A DNA stretch of 64,000 bases. Source: Eledone cirrhosa (Eukaryota). The notes beneath the pieces were generated by a model. It was not told where the DNA came from and ran no database searches. It saw only the letters and a program-made list of their open reading frames with translations. A program made the position numbers and the translations under genes. The stretch lies in the NCBI GenBank assembly GCA_964016885.1, contig OZ024765.1, forward strand, positions 8,370,001 through 8,434,000, written 5' to 3'. Below are positions 1 to 12,322 of this stretch, one piece after another (the stretch's first letter is position 1; every line of letters starts with the position of its first letter).

Positions 1-576
1 TTATGTGAGGTAAAGCCTTTACTGTGAAAATACAATAGTTTATATAGAGTAATGTAAATGTTATGTGAGATATTATGTGAGGTAAAGCCTTTACTGTGAA
101 AATACAATAGTATATATAGAGTAATGTAAATGTTATGTGAGATATTATGTGAGGTAAAGCCTTTACTGTGAAAATACAATAGTATATATAGAGTAATGTA
201 AATGTTATGTGAGATATTATGTGAGGTAAAGCCTCTACTGTGACATTACAATAGTTTATATAGAGTATTGTAAATGTTATGTGAGATATTATGTGAGGTA
301 AAGCCTCTACTGTGAAAATACAATAGTATATATAGAGTAATGTAAATGTTATGTGAGATATTATGTGAGGTAAAGCCTTTACTGTGAAAATACAATAGTA
401 TATATAGAGTAATGTAAATGTTATGTGAGATATTAGGTGAGATAAAGCCTTTACTGTGACAATACAATAGTATATATAGAGTAATGTAAATGTTATGCGA
501 GATATTATGTGAGGTAAAGCCTTTACTGTGAAAATACAATAGTATATATAGAGTAATGTAGATGTTAAAGGGTTAA
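1..576. repeat. 72-bp minisatellite (family A), ending at a piggyBac-like AAAGGG-TTAA terminus
   Basis: Unit ttatgtgaggtaaagcctttactgtgaaaatacaatagtatatatagagtaatgtaaatgttatgtgagata in tandem; same unit at 23160-24235 (opposite strand) and 40390-40890. Confidence 0.95.
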
Positions 577-702
577 GGTCCATTTTCAATGTTAGCATCA
601 ATTTGACAGATTTAGTTAACCCTTTCATGAGAGCAGAGAGCTGGAAGGATACCATAAAACACACAGACAGAAATAGAATTTGACAAAAAAACCCTAACTT
701 AC

Positions 703-774
703 CTGTTCTGACCGAGTGTTCTGGTCATCTTCAGGGAGTTCACTGGTCTCATAGACATCTGGTGAGTTCAAATC
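703..774 (-). CDS. DCTN2: Dynactin subunit 2 (p50 dynamitin), coding exon 2; gene continues beyond the left edge
   Basis: ttgtag|GAT...CAG|gtaagt, 72 nt, DLNSPDVYETSELPEDDQNTRSEQ; matches the conserved PDVYETSDLPEDDQ motif and is in phase with exon 1. Confidence 0.93.
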
Positions 775-844
775 CTACAAAATATCACAAACTGATTGAT
801 GGTCTGTCTACAGGGGTACTTTTTCTAAATATGTATCATCATCA

Positions 845-1060
845 CATCATCATCATCATCACCGTTTTACGTCCGTTCTTCGACGCTAGCATGGGTTAGA
901 CGGGTTGTCCTGTTGTGGGCAGTGTCTGGTCGGCTGACCATGCCTTGCTCATACAGGAACTGATCTGGCTTGATTTCTACAGCTGGATGCCCTTCCTAAC
1001 ACCAACCTCATTTACAGTGAGTGCTGGGTGCTTTTTCGTGGCGCCTACACGTCCACTTTA
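845..1060 (-). mobile_element. 3' tail fragment of RTE LINE / RTE-tailed SINE
   Basis: Near-identical to 44351-44575 (RTE 3' UTR); ends in a (GAT)n tail on the minus strand. Confidence 0.75.
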
Positions 1061-1208
1061 CATACATCTACATACACATATACACATATACATATACACA
1101 TATATATACATACATGTATTATATACACGTATATATACATACATACACATATATACATATATATGTATATAATATATAAGATCAAAAGATGGTTAAAGGA
1201 GTTCCATG

Positions 1209-1279
1209 TATTTTATTATGCGCATTTCAAAAACAAACATCATCATGCAATAATATTTGTGTTTTCATCAGATAAAATA
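1209..1279 (-). ncRNA. Hammerhead ribozyme motif, mirror copy in the left arm
   Basis: Reverse complement of 1403-1473 with a perfect tattttat/ataaaata helix I. Confidence 0.7.
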
Positions 1280-1402
1280 GAAAGACATGATATGAAGGCT
1301 AAAAAACACTTGTGGATAGTGCAGTTTTAAATCAACATATTATATGTTGATTTAAAACTGCACTATCCACAAGTGTTTTTTAGCCTTCATATCATGTTCT
1401 CC

Positions 1403-1473
1403 TGTTTTATCTGATGAAAACACAAATATTATTGCATGATGATGTTTGTTTTTGAAATGCGCATAATAAAATA
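1403..1473 (+). ncRNA. Minimal type-I hammerhead ribozyme motif
   Basis: tgttttat-CTGATGA-helix II-GAAA-TGCGCA-TA-ataaaata; palindromic helix III ATGCGCAT. Confidence 0.75.
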
Positions 1474-2190
1474 CATGGAACTCCTTTAACCATCTTTTGA
1501 TCTTATATATTATGTATACTCCAGTCCTACAAAATGTAGAGTGCTTCTTATCCGATATCTGCTTTGCTTTATTGTACTACAATAAAACTCACCTCCTACA
1601 CTATATATGTATATATATATATATGTGTGTGTGTGTATACATATACACAAGTATGTATATAATAACTAAAAAAAACAATAACATAAATTTATTAAACAAT
1701 CATGTCTGTCAGTTTAATTCAACTAAAAGACTGTGTTGTGTTCCTATATCTACGGAATACTCAGGCAGATATACATTGAATTCAGTCATTTCGTTTGTTG
1801 TAGAATTCACAGTACTTCGTTGAGAAGGGCGAGACTTCCCAAGGATGAGGCATAAAGAAGATTTGGCTGCTCTTTCTAACACCAGATGACCACAAAGAAA
1901 ATACGATTCATATTTCATTTCATTTTCATTTTTACGTCCGCTTTTCTTTGCTTGCAAGGGTGGGACGGGAACTGATTCTGGCTATATATATAAATATAGT
2001 AATAATAACAATATTTATACTTATTATAAATATGGAAGGTAGTACTAAGTACTAGCCAGTTACCGGGAGGATAAAAGGCTCAATGCAAATTATTAAATGT
2101 ATTACAGAGCCGAGATACAAAATTGTTTGTTCCAGATCTAGAAGAAACAATTGTCAGCAATTAAATGTATTAAACTAAGATTTGATTGTT

Positions 2191-2234
<44 letters not shown>

Positions 2235-2465
2235 AAGAAGGGGTATTTATTTTGTTGGAAGTCCGACAAATATAATATAAATGTTTATAACTGATTTAGA
2301 GCACTCAACAAGTTACTGGAGTAAATATTCAATGATATTAAATAAATGGAAACTATATTTATAAAACCATATTTATTTTATTATATATATTTCACTATCC
2401 AGTGAATTTCCAACCGATAAGGTATGATTTTCATGGGTACGTCTCTATTTATAAAACAAACTTTG

Positions 2466-2528
2466 TATTTTATCTGATGAAAGCGTACCAATGTGTCTTG
2501 GTACCCTTGAAATATATATAATAAAATA
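2466..2528 (+). ncRNA. Minimal type-I hammerhead ribozyme motif inside the inverted-repeat element 2235-2570
   Basis: tattttat-CTGATGA-aagcgtacca/tggtaccctt-GAAA-TATATA-TA-ataaaata. Confidence 0.78.
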
Positions 2529-2750
2529 AATATGGTTTTATAAATATAGTTTCCATTTATTAATATATTGTATATATATGTGTGTTCTTTCTTCACATGT
2601 TATAATTATATATATATATATAACCAAAAGTTTATATAGTTCGTTGATTATTCAACGAATTCAATTTTACAATAGATTAGAAGCACTCTACAGTATTTAA
2701 TATTATTCAAAATATTAATAAATGAAAAATATTCTCATAACCAAAATATA

Positions 2751-2813
2751 TATTTTATTATACATATTTCAAAGGTACAATGCTGTTTCAGTACGTTTTC
2801 ATCAGATAAAATA
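2751..2813 (-). ncRNA. Minimal type-I hammerhead ribozyme motif
   Basis: Minus strand: tattttat-CTGATGA-aaacgtac/gtaccttt-GAAA-TATGTA-TA-ataaaata. Confidence 0.72.
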
Positions 2814-3164
2814 TATATACACACATACATACACTCTACTCCCGGCATTCGCGGAATTTTCCTTAGAACCTAACTAATAATCGTTCGTGGAAACTACCGC
2901 ACATTCGCGGAGTCGTAAATAACTTCCGCGATTTTTTAATGTTTTTTTTTGTGGCAATATATATTTATTAAAGCTAAATTAATAACAATATACTTTTTTG
3001 AAAATTATATTTTATGTTATATTTTGATTTTTTGACGTAACTCCCACGAATACCCAGGTACAACTATGTGTGTGTGTGTGTGTGTACACACACACACACA
3101 TACTCACAAATACACATAAATATATACATATGTTGAAGGGTAATATATATATATATATATATAT

Positions 3165-3345
3165 AATACAAAGAAAGTGTGGTAAGGAACCAGGTCGACC
3201 ATAACGCACCAGAGTACTCAACACTTAGGGTAGTAGAGTAGGTCATTGGAAAAGAGTCAGGACCCCGACGGCTGAGCTCCGGCCATTTCAACAGCTGTTG
3301 AAACGGCCGGAACTCAGCCGTCGGCGCCCTGACTATTTTCCTATA
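3165..3345 (-). mobile_element. Short TA-flanked element ending in a GC-rich hairpin; related copy at 54497-54690
   Basis: Shared gtggtaaggaaccag...gagtactca...agtagagt; hairpin 3250-3340. Confidence 0.6.
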
Positions 3346-3359
3346 TATATACACACATT

Positions 3360-6300
3360 TAACTATCGTCTGCCGAGACTACACGAATACTTTTACCGGA
3401 ATCTCACGAAGTTTAGGTTCATATTTTACCTTATCAATGTTTTATTATAAAGTTGTTAATGTAATTATGGCGAATACATTCATATTTCATCGTCGGCTTT
3501 TATTAAATTATTTATTTTGTTAGAGATATTTTTATCTGGTAGAGCGCCCAAGTTTAGACTTGGTGTCGTTCTGTGTGTTTTTACAGATTTACCTCCCCTT
3601 CATTGTAAATTTGATCTCATTTTGCACACCCGCAATTTTATTCCAGCAGAGAGAACGGAGGAGAGAGAGGAGAGGTGGGAGTGAGAAAGGAGATAGTGTG
3701 GTGGTAGGAGGGGTCAGATGTAAAAGTAGAGAGAGGAGGATGGGAGAGAGAGAGAAAGGTAGAGAGACGAGGATGGGAGAGAGAGAGACGAGGATGGGAG
3801 AGAGAGAGGAGGATGGGAGAGAGAGAGAGAGAGAAAGGTAGAGAGAGGATGGGAGAGAGAGAGAAAGGTAGAGAGAGGAGGATGGGAGAGAGAGGAGGAT
3901 GGGAGAGAGAGGAGGATGGGAGAGAGGGAGGAGGATGGGAGAGAGGGAGGAGGATGGGAGGGAGGAGGATGGGAGAGAGAGAGAGAAAGGCAGATAAATA
4001 CAAAGGAGTTACAGTGAGAGGGAAGAGAGAGAGAGAGAAAGAATATACATTGAGAGGGGAGAGAGAGAATGTGATTAAATGGAAGAAAACTAGACGACAC
4101 AATATAAAATATTAAACACGATATCAGAAAAACATTTTTTAATATTTTATATTGTGTCGTCTAGTTTTCTTCCATTTAATCACGACATTCTCTCTCTTCC
4201 CCTCTCATACAGCCTGTTTGTTTATATATATATAGATAGATATTATATATCTATATATATACAAATATAAATTCAGCGAGAATCGTATTTCGGCTGGTAG
4301 AAAAAGCGAAACGAAACGCAAAATCGTAGAAATGCTGGCAAGCGCTCCAATAGTTAAGAAAACTAGAGCTAAACAATAAGTTAAAACGCCATACAAACTG
4401 AAAAAGTGGCATTAACCACCTAAGCCAAAAAACAAATCAAGCTAAACAGGTCAAACAAAATAAATGATAAAATCGATAAAAACAATTAATAAAAAAATGT
4501 ATATATATATATATATATATATTATGTATATATATATTATGTTTTAATATTAATAACTCTGGACAGTTATTTATACGTAGAGTGCTTCAATTCTACTGTA
4601 AAACTCATTCTTTGATATACTCATTGAATCTTGTTCAACTCTTTTATATATATATAAGTTTTGCGATGTTTTTGATATGAAATCGTGTCTAAACAAATAT
4701 TGTTATACCTATATATGAACATATATAAATATATATATTCATACACACACATATAACTATCGTCTGCCGAGACTACACGAATACGTTTACCGGAATCTCA
4801 CGAAGTTTAGGTTCATATTATACCTTTACTTCGTTATTTTACCTTATCAATGTTTTATTATAAAGTTGTGAATGTAATTATGGCGAATACATTCATGTTT
4901 CATCGTCGGCTTTTATTAAATTATTTTATTAGAGATATTTTTATCTGGTAGAGCGCCCAAGTTTGGACTTGGTGTCGTTCTGTATGTTTTTACAGATTTA
5001 CCTCCCCTTGATTGTAAAATTGATCTCATTTTGCACACCCGCAATTTTATTCGAAGAGAGAGAACGGAGGAGAGAAGAGGTGAGGTGGGAGAGAGAGAAA
5101 GGAGATAGTGTTGTGGTAGGAGGGGTCAGATGTAAAGACAGAGAAATACAAAGGAGTTGCAGAGAGACAGACATAGAGCGGGATGTTGAGTGAATAGGAG
5201 GTAAGACAGAGAGGGGGAAAGGGAGAGAGAGAAAGAATAGACTGTGTGAGAGGGGGAAAGAGAGAGAAAGAATAGACTGTGTGAAAGGGGGGAAAGAGAA
5301 AGAAAGAATAGAGTGTGTGAGAGGGGAAAGAGACAGTAAGTAAACGAAGGGGAGTATGTTGTGATAAAATGGAAGAAAACCAGACGACACAATATAAAAT
5401 ATTAAACACGATATTAGATAAACATTTTTGAAAACACGACAATAATTCATACATACATCCATATATAAATATATATACACATGTTACAGGTATATATAAA
5501 TATATATTTATATATATACACACATATAACTAACGTCTGCCGAGACTACACGAATACTTTTACCGGAATCTCACGAAGTTTAGGTTCATATTATACCTTT
5601 ACTTCGTTATTTTACCTTATCAATGTTTTATTATTATAAAGTTGTGAATGTAATTATGGCGAATACATTCATGTTTCATCGTCGGCTTTTATTAAATTAT
5701 TTATTTTGTTAGAGATATTTTTATCTGGTAGAGCGCCCAAGTTTGGACTTGGTGTCATTCTGTATGTTTTTACAGATTTACCTCCCCTTGATTATAAAAT
5801 TGATCTCATTTTGCACACCCGCAATTTTATTCCAGGAGAGAGAACGGAGTAGAGAAAGGAGATAGTGTGTTGGTAGTAGATGTAAAGACAGAGAAATACA
5901 AAGGAGTTGCAGAGAGACAGACTTAGAGAGGGATGTTGAGTGAAGAGGAGGTTAGACAGAGAGGAGGAAAGAAAGGAGAGAGAGAACGGCGAGAGGGGGG
6001 CAAAAAGAGAAAGAGCGAGGGAGGTAGAAAGTGTAGAGTAAGAGAGAGGGGGAAATAAAAAGAGTGACTAAAGGTAAGAAAGAAGGAAGAGAAAGAGAGA
6101 ATATGCTTTGTGAGAGGGGAGAAGAAAGAGAAAGAATAGAGTGTGTGAGAGGGGAAAGAGACAGTAAGTAAATGAAGGGGAGTATGTTGTGATTAAATGG
6201 AAGAAAACCAGACGACACAATATGAAATATTAAACACGATATTAGATAAACATTTTTGTAAACACGACAATAATTTATACATACAAACATCCATATATAA

Positions 6301-6662
6301 ATATATATACACATGTTACAGGTATATATAAATATATATTTATACACACACATGTAACTAACCTCTGCCGAGACTACACGAATACTTTTACCGGAATCTC
6401 ACGAAGTTTAGGTTCATATTATACCTTTACTTCGTTATTTTACCTTATCAATGTTTTATTATTATAAAGTTGTGAATGTAATTATGGCGAATACATTCAT
6501 GTTTCATCGTCGGCTTTTATTAAATTATTTATTTTGTTAGAGATATTTTTATCTGGTAGAGCGCCCAAGTTTGGACTTGGTGTCATTCTGTATGTTTTTA
6601 CAGATTTACCTCCCCTTGATTATAAAATTGATCTCATTTTGCACACCCGCAATTTTATTCCA
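3360..6662. repeat. Array of four about 0.8-kb units (starts near 3360, 4756, 5527, 6355)
   Basis: Conserved block tctgccgagactacacgaatac...ttgcacacccgcaattttattc repeated four times, separated by variable GA-rich tracts. Confidence 0.85.
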
Positions 6663-7062
6663 GTGACATCAATAAAGACAGTCATAGTATCAAATGCATT
6701 TAATTTTATGAGAATTTACCAGAATTACTGGATACAGGAAGAATCATTCTCCATATTTAGAAATTCGTTTTCATAAATTAGTTATTTACATAAGAGAAAC
6801 ACTATAGTTTATGTTATTTACCGACACACAGAAATAATTAAAGGTGATTATTGGCAACATGACCTTCCCAAAGTATAACAAGTACATAAATGTTCAGCAT
6901 ATATGGACAGACGACATACAGGGATAAATGTATGAGTAACTTAGAAATAATTTTTTACAGGGACAAATGTAGGATTAGAACACAGGACCTTGTGATTGGA
7001 AAGTAATATATAGGTATTTGTGTGTATAAATATACATTATAGTGTAATGAATGTATGTTTAT

Positions 7063-7677
7063 ATATGGTGGCTGCCAACTCGTTTTCGAGTACGGCCACT
7101 ACTTTATATCCATGTAGGAGAACCCCTACCGAAGCGCTGAACGAGTGTGACTTTTTAGTCCAGCCAGTGACTTGAAAACTCTGGTACAAACACTACACTT
7201 GTGACAATTATTGACACATAGTGCTGGGCCCATGGTACCATGTGAGGACAAGTGCAGAGAGATCTCCAGAGATAAAGCAATGCCTGTGCCGTGAAGCTTT
7301 TATAGTGAGCAAAGGCACTGCACAAAGCCAGTCCCACTCTCTTAACCAAGATGATATTTACCAAAAAGAAGAACAAGTCAACATCATTGGATACCATCAG
7401 GGTTGCAGGTGTTATATCAGAGTTTTCCTTCCCCTAGAATTCTGCCTTGACAAAGGCTAAGGGGTCATCTCTCCTGGTGATTTTGGATGGCCATTGACTC
7501 TTAAGAGCTCCTTTGCCCTTTGGCAGGTTTTGTTTTTAGTCCTGCAGGATGTCCAAAGTCACCCTCCTCACCAAGAAACCTTGGTGGGGTTGCCAGTTTA
7601 GTCGCCAACGACCCGACCATGAGACAGGTTGTACTGGGATACATGTTACCAGTAGCACCAACTGGTGACCTGACATA
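7063..7677. mobile_element. About 610-bp non-coding dispersed repeat, copy 1
   Basis: Nearly identical to 26686-27296; both flanked by TA-rich sequence. Confidence 0.8.
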
Positions 7678-7869
7678 CATACATACATGTTTATATATAT
7701 ATATATATAAACAGTCCTATACGAGCAAGGCAACCAATCTTGCCTCAAGTGGGAAAATTCCCGTCCAAACCCATGCAAGCGTGGAAGATGTACGTTAAAC
7801 GATGATGATGATGATGACACACATTATTTTAAGGAAACTTGCTCAGTGCACTCTACATGCGAATGGAGT

Positions 7870-8665
7870 GCCATGATAAAATACACCCAGTACACTCTGT
7901 AAAGTGGTAGTGCTGGCATCATGATAAAATATACCCAGTACACTGTAAAGTAGTAGTGCTAGTGTCGTGATATAATAAACCCAGTACACTCTGTAAAGTG
8001 GTAGTGCTGGTGTCATGATAAAATACACCCAATACACTCTGTAAAGTGGTAGTGTTGGTGACATGATAAAATACACCCAGTACACTCTGTAAAGTGGTAG
8101 TGCTGGTGTCATGATAAAATACACCCAATACACTCTGTAAAGTGGTAGTGTTGGTGACATGATAAAATACTCCCAGTACACTCTGTTTGGTGGTAGTACT
8201 GGTGTCATGATAAAATACACCCAGTACACTCTGTTTGGTGGTAGTACTGGTGTCGTGATAAAATACACCCAGTACACTCTGTAAAGTGGTAGTACTGGTG
8301 TCATGATAAAATACACCCAGTACACTCTGTAAAGTGGTAGTGTTGGTGACATGATAAAATACACCCAGTACACTCTGTAAAGTGGTAGTGCTGGTGTCAT
8401 GATAAAATAAACCCAGTACACTCTGTAAAGTGGTAGTGTTGGTGTCATGATAAAATATACCCAGTACACTCTGTAAAGTGGTAGTGTTGGTGACATGATA
8501 AAATACACCCAGTACACTCTGTAAAGTGGTAGTGTTGGTGTCATGATAAAATAAACCCAGTACACTCTGTAAAGTGGTAGTACTGGCGTCATGATAAAAT
8601 ACACCCAGTACACATTGTAAAGTGGGAGAGCTGGCGTCTCAATAAAATACACCCATTACACTCTG
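7870..8665. repeat. 48-bp minisatellite
   Basis: Unit ataaaatacacccagtacactctgtaaagtggtagtgctggtgtcatg; 16-aa periodicity in ORF 7843-8652. Confidence 0.92.
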
Positions 8666-8934
8666 CACGGTTAAGGGGTGGGGTGACCAACTATAAAAGC
8701 CCTGCTGAACAAGAGAGTCTCTTTGATCTGGTTATCTATAGACTGTCAACTCATTCAACCCATACTAGCATGGAAAACAGACATCAAATAATATAGATAA
8801 TATATTTATCCATGCAAGTGTGGAAAAATGGATGTAAAACATTTTATTTCACGTTGCTCCTTCTACCCGGAGTTGCGACCGACAGTATTACAAATTGGAA
8901 AGATTAATGGAAACATTGATCGACTGTTGATATC

Positions 8935-9380
8935 ATCATCATCACCATACGTCCACTTTTCGCTGCTTGCAAGGGTTGGACGGGAATTGATTTCTACAGC
9001 TGGATGCCCTTCCTAACACCAACCTCATTTACAGTGAGTACTGGGTGCTTTTTTGTCGTGGAGCCTACACAACCACTTTGCAGTGGAATGATATGGACCC
9101 CAGTCCCTATCATCTCATTTCTACAGCTGAGTAAACTGGAGCAATATGAAATAAAGTGTCTTGCTCAAGGAAACAACACATCACCTGGTCTGAGAATTGA
9201 ACTCACAACCTGTCATTCCACTGCAAAGTGGTCGTGGAGGCGCCACGGCAAATAAGCACCCAGCACTCACTGTAAATGAGGTTGGTGTTAGGAAGGGCAT
9301 CCAGCTGTAGAAATCAAGCCAGAATCAGTTCCCGTCCCACCCTTGCAAGCAGGGAAAAGCGGACTTAAAATGATGATGAT
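8935..9380. mobile_element. Two head-to-head partial copies of the CORE-like RTE-tailed SINE
   Basis: 8935-9210 (minus) and 9213-9380 (plus) match 12323-12660. Confidence 0.75.
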
Positions 9381-9400
9381 ATATATATATATATATACAT

Positions 9401-9905
9401 ATGTGCCACAGCTTGAGATTGGTGTGGAAGTCGGACCTTCGTGAAGACCTGAAAATTCACCTCTTCATTGCTGTAGTGGAGTCTGTGTTGCTGTACAGGT
9501 CTGAGACTTGGACACTGATCAAGAAACTAACTCAGATGGTGGACGGGTGCTACACGAGAATGCTGAGGATGGCTCTGAACATTAATCAGTATACACTGAG
9601 GATGAAAAACTCAGAGCTGTATGGGAGCCTCCCAAAAGTCAGCTCAAAAGTGACACAGAGGAGACTGAGGTTAGCTGGACATGCTCACCGACATCCAGAG
9701 TTGACACTGCACTCAGTGCTCCTGTGAGAGCCCCTGCATGGACAAACTGGAAGAGGAAGACCAAGGTTAACGTATGTTGATGCCCTAAGGACAGACACTG
9801 GTCTGTTGGAGACACAGGACATGGCAGCGATAATGAGGGACAGAGACTACTGGAGAGAACTCGTCCATGGATCTTGGGAATTTTACCCGCCTTAGATAGA
9901 TAGAT
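9401..9905 (+). mobile_element. RTE-clade LINE 3' fragment
   Basis: VESVLLYRSETWTL...RRLRLAGHAHR, then GRGRP; related fragment at 53200-53445. Confidence 0.85.
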
Positions 9906-10634
9906 GTGAGTCCCATGTTCAATCAGGGGTAACCATAGTTAGTAAAGTACTCAATACATTAGTAGAGTGTATTCATCAAGATTAATATAGAAACGGCTTC
10001 TACAGGACCAGAAAGCTCTCCTGATGATTTCTTTTGATTGAAACAATACACAATACACACAGACAGACCCAGACCCGATCACCCGACATAATTTGCCTCA
10101 AAATAGGACCCGTCTAACCCATGCTAGAGTGGAAAATGGATGTTAAACAATGATAAAGATTTTTTTCTTTCTTCTCATGACAGGCTGAACGAATTGGGGC
10201 CCAGAACCCAACGAAACTTGAGTACCTGTTTATGTCACTGTTGTATACCACTGATGATGTCACAGATGTGCAACGAAAGAACTTTGTTAGACTATATACA
10301 TATATATATATACGTCAATACTCATCTTTTTCCATTTCTCCGAGGGTTCTTAACCCCACTATCAGGCTAAATAATTTCTTTAATTTCTTTAGTCAAAATA
10401 CGGCGATAGCCTACATTTATAATAACTATATATATATTTATATCTGTATTTTTAACTGTTGGTCAGTCAATGATAAACATTGATTGACAAATAAATTAAC
10501 TATGGAGATATAAAAGATACAGAAGCGAAAACCAACCAAACAGTGAGTGTGTTGTGTTATTATTTCTGGCAATATTATTACAACAATATGACCCGCCCCA
10601 AGTATACCTATATCTATATATACATATATATTGA

Positions 10635-10872
10635 GGAGATTGCAGTGGTATGGACATGTGATGCGCATGGAGGATGACCGATGAGTGAAGAAGTGCCAGA
10701 AAATGCCAGTTGTAGGAAGACGAGGTAGACCACAAAAAACATAGTTGGAGGTGGTGGAAACTCACGGTGGAGATGACGAAGGACCGTGATATGTGGAGAG
10801 ATGCTGTGCTGAATAAGACCCGTCCCGCCCTTACAAGCAGGGAAAAGCGGACGTATGATGATGATGATGATA
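10635..10872 (+). mobile_element. RTE LINE 3' fragment (family A)
   Basis: RLQWYGHVMRMEDD...KTRPALTSREKRT and (GAT)n tail. Confidence 0.8.
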
Positions 10873-11356
10873 TAAGTTCATCCCGGGATCAATTGGGGGT
10901 AACCACAGTAAGTAAAGTACTCAATACAATAGTAGAGTGTATATATTTAATATAGAAATGGCTTCTACGGGACTAGAACTGTTTCATTCGGGAGAAATCA
11001 GTCCCCAAAACTCTATATTTATATATATATATATATATATATAGGGTGTCCCCAAAACTGTGTATGTATATACAGTATATGAATACACAGTATATATATA
11101 CACTGTCTGTGTGTATATATATATACACGTATCTATATCTATAGGGTGTCCCAAAAATGTATACACACTTCAACACCATTCTAATAAATGTGTATATATT
11201 TTTGTGGGACAGACTGTATACATACGTCAGTTGAGATGTTTAAATGTAGAAATAATAAAACAATGACATAAATAAAGATGTCGATGTTTCAACAGATGAA
11301 GAAAATTTAGAAATAAAGTCTTAATAATATTAAATAAAGATTATAAAATGACTCAC

Positions 11357-11392
11357 AATTCCAGGCAGATTGGCATATTTGGGGTCGGCCAT
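11357..11392 (-). CDS. DCTN2: Dynactin subunit 2, coding exon 1
   Basis: ATG GCC GAC CCC AAA TAT GCC AAT CTG CCT GGA ATT|gtgagt = MADPKYANLPGI, the diagnostic dynamitin N-terminus. Confidence 0.93.
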
Positions 11393-12069
11393 CTTTCTCA
11401 CTGACAAGTCACACGTCACACGAGATTCTCGTTACCTTCTCTCACTCTCTCTATATCTCTTAGTCTTTCACCATTACTTACTCTCTCTATATCTTTTAGT
11501 CTTTCACTTAATCACCCTTTCTGTCTATATTTCTTAGTCTTTCACTTACAATCTCTGTTTATATCTCTTAGTCTTTCACTTTTACTCACTCTCTCTATCT
11601 CTTAGTTTACTCCCTCTACATTTCTTAGTCTTTCACTTACTCTCACTCTCTCTTTAACTCTTAGTCTTTCACTACCTCTCGCTCTCTGTATATCTCGTAG
11701 TCTTTCATATATTTTCACTCTCTCTAACTCTTAGTCTTTTACTTACTCTTACTCTCTCTATATCTTTTAGTCTTTCACTTACTCTCACTTTCTCTACATT
11801 TTTTACTCTTTCACTTTTTCTTACTCTCCCTATATACCTCATAATCTTTCACTTTCACTCACTCTCTCTTTATGTCTTAGTCTCTCACTTACATTCCTTC
11901 TCGCTCGCTCTTTCTTTTACTCAAACTTACTATATTCCATATAGTCTTTCACTTTGCCCCCTCTCTCTGTAGCTATTAGTCTATCAGCCAGCTCGAGAGA
12001 GATAGACTTCCTGTCTGTAGAGGAAGTGACGTAGGTGATGGTGGAGGCCTCCTTTCAATCAACAAAGAC
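11393..12069. promoter_or_regulatory. Probable bidirectional promoter for DCTN2 and PYM1
   Basis: Divergent ATGs 677 bp apart; overlapping ETS/CRE-like AGGAAGTGACGT at 12021-12032; gtcacacgtcacacgag near 11409; degenerate ctcttagtctttcact repeats between. Confidence 0.65.
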
Positions 12070-12121
12070 ATGGCCAGTGTACAGATAGAAAGATCTGGAG
12101 TGATACGCGACGAAAAGACAG
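12070..12121 (+). CDS. PYM1: Partner of Y14 and mago, coding exon 1
   Basis: MASVQIERSGVIRDEKT G|gtagat; phase-1 junction joins exon 2 as ...[17 protein letters not shown]. Confidence 0.75.
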
Positions 12122-12322
12122 GTAGATATTAATATATATACATCCATACATATATATATACACACGTGTGTATATATATATGTATAAGTGTGTATATAGT
12201 TATATACATACATTGTCTGATGTGTGAAATTGACAACGGGTCTCTTCATACACATGTCCCCCCCCCCCCCCCCCCCCATTCACTCACACACACACACATA
12301 TATGTATATATATATATATATA

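Larger units (their letters stand above)
1171..1601. mobile_element. Fold-back element with about 170-bp inverted arms (centre 1341) plus a 3' extension; probable Penelope-like 3' end
   Basis: 1171-1340 is the reverse complement of 1342-1511; flanked by TA/CA microsatellites; second copy inverted at 43927-44270. Confidence 0.8.

Noticed and set aside
2075-2160. GAAACAATTGTC hammerhead-like 3' half
   Set aside because: No recognisable CTGANGA core upstream; at most a decayed copy
3465-3500. Minus-strand CCGACGATGAAA in the 0.8-kb unit as a hammerhead
   Set aside because: No helix II and no matching helix I
7590-7675. Possible HDV-like ribozyme at the end of the 610-bp repeat
   Set aside because: P2/P4-like pairings can be drawn but no P1 3' strand fits; unsupported without a covariance search
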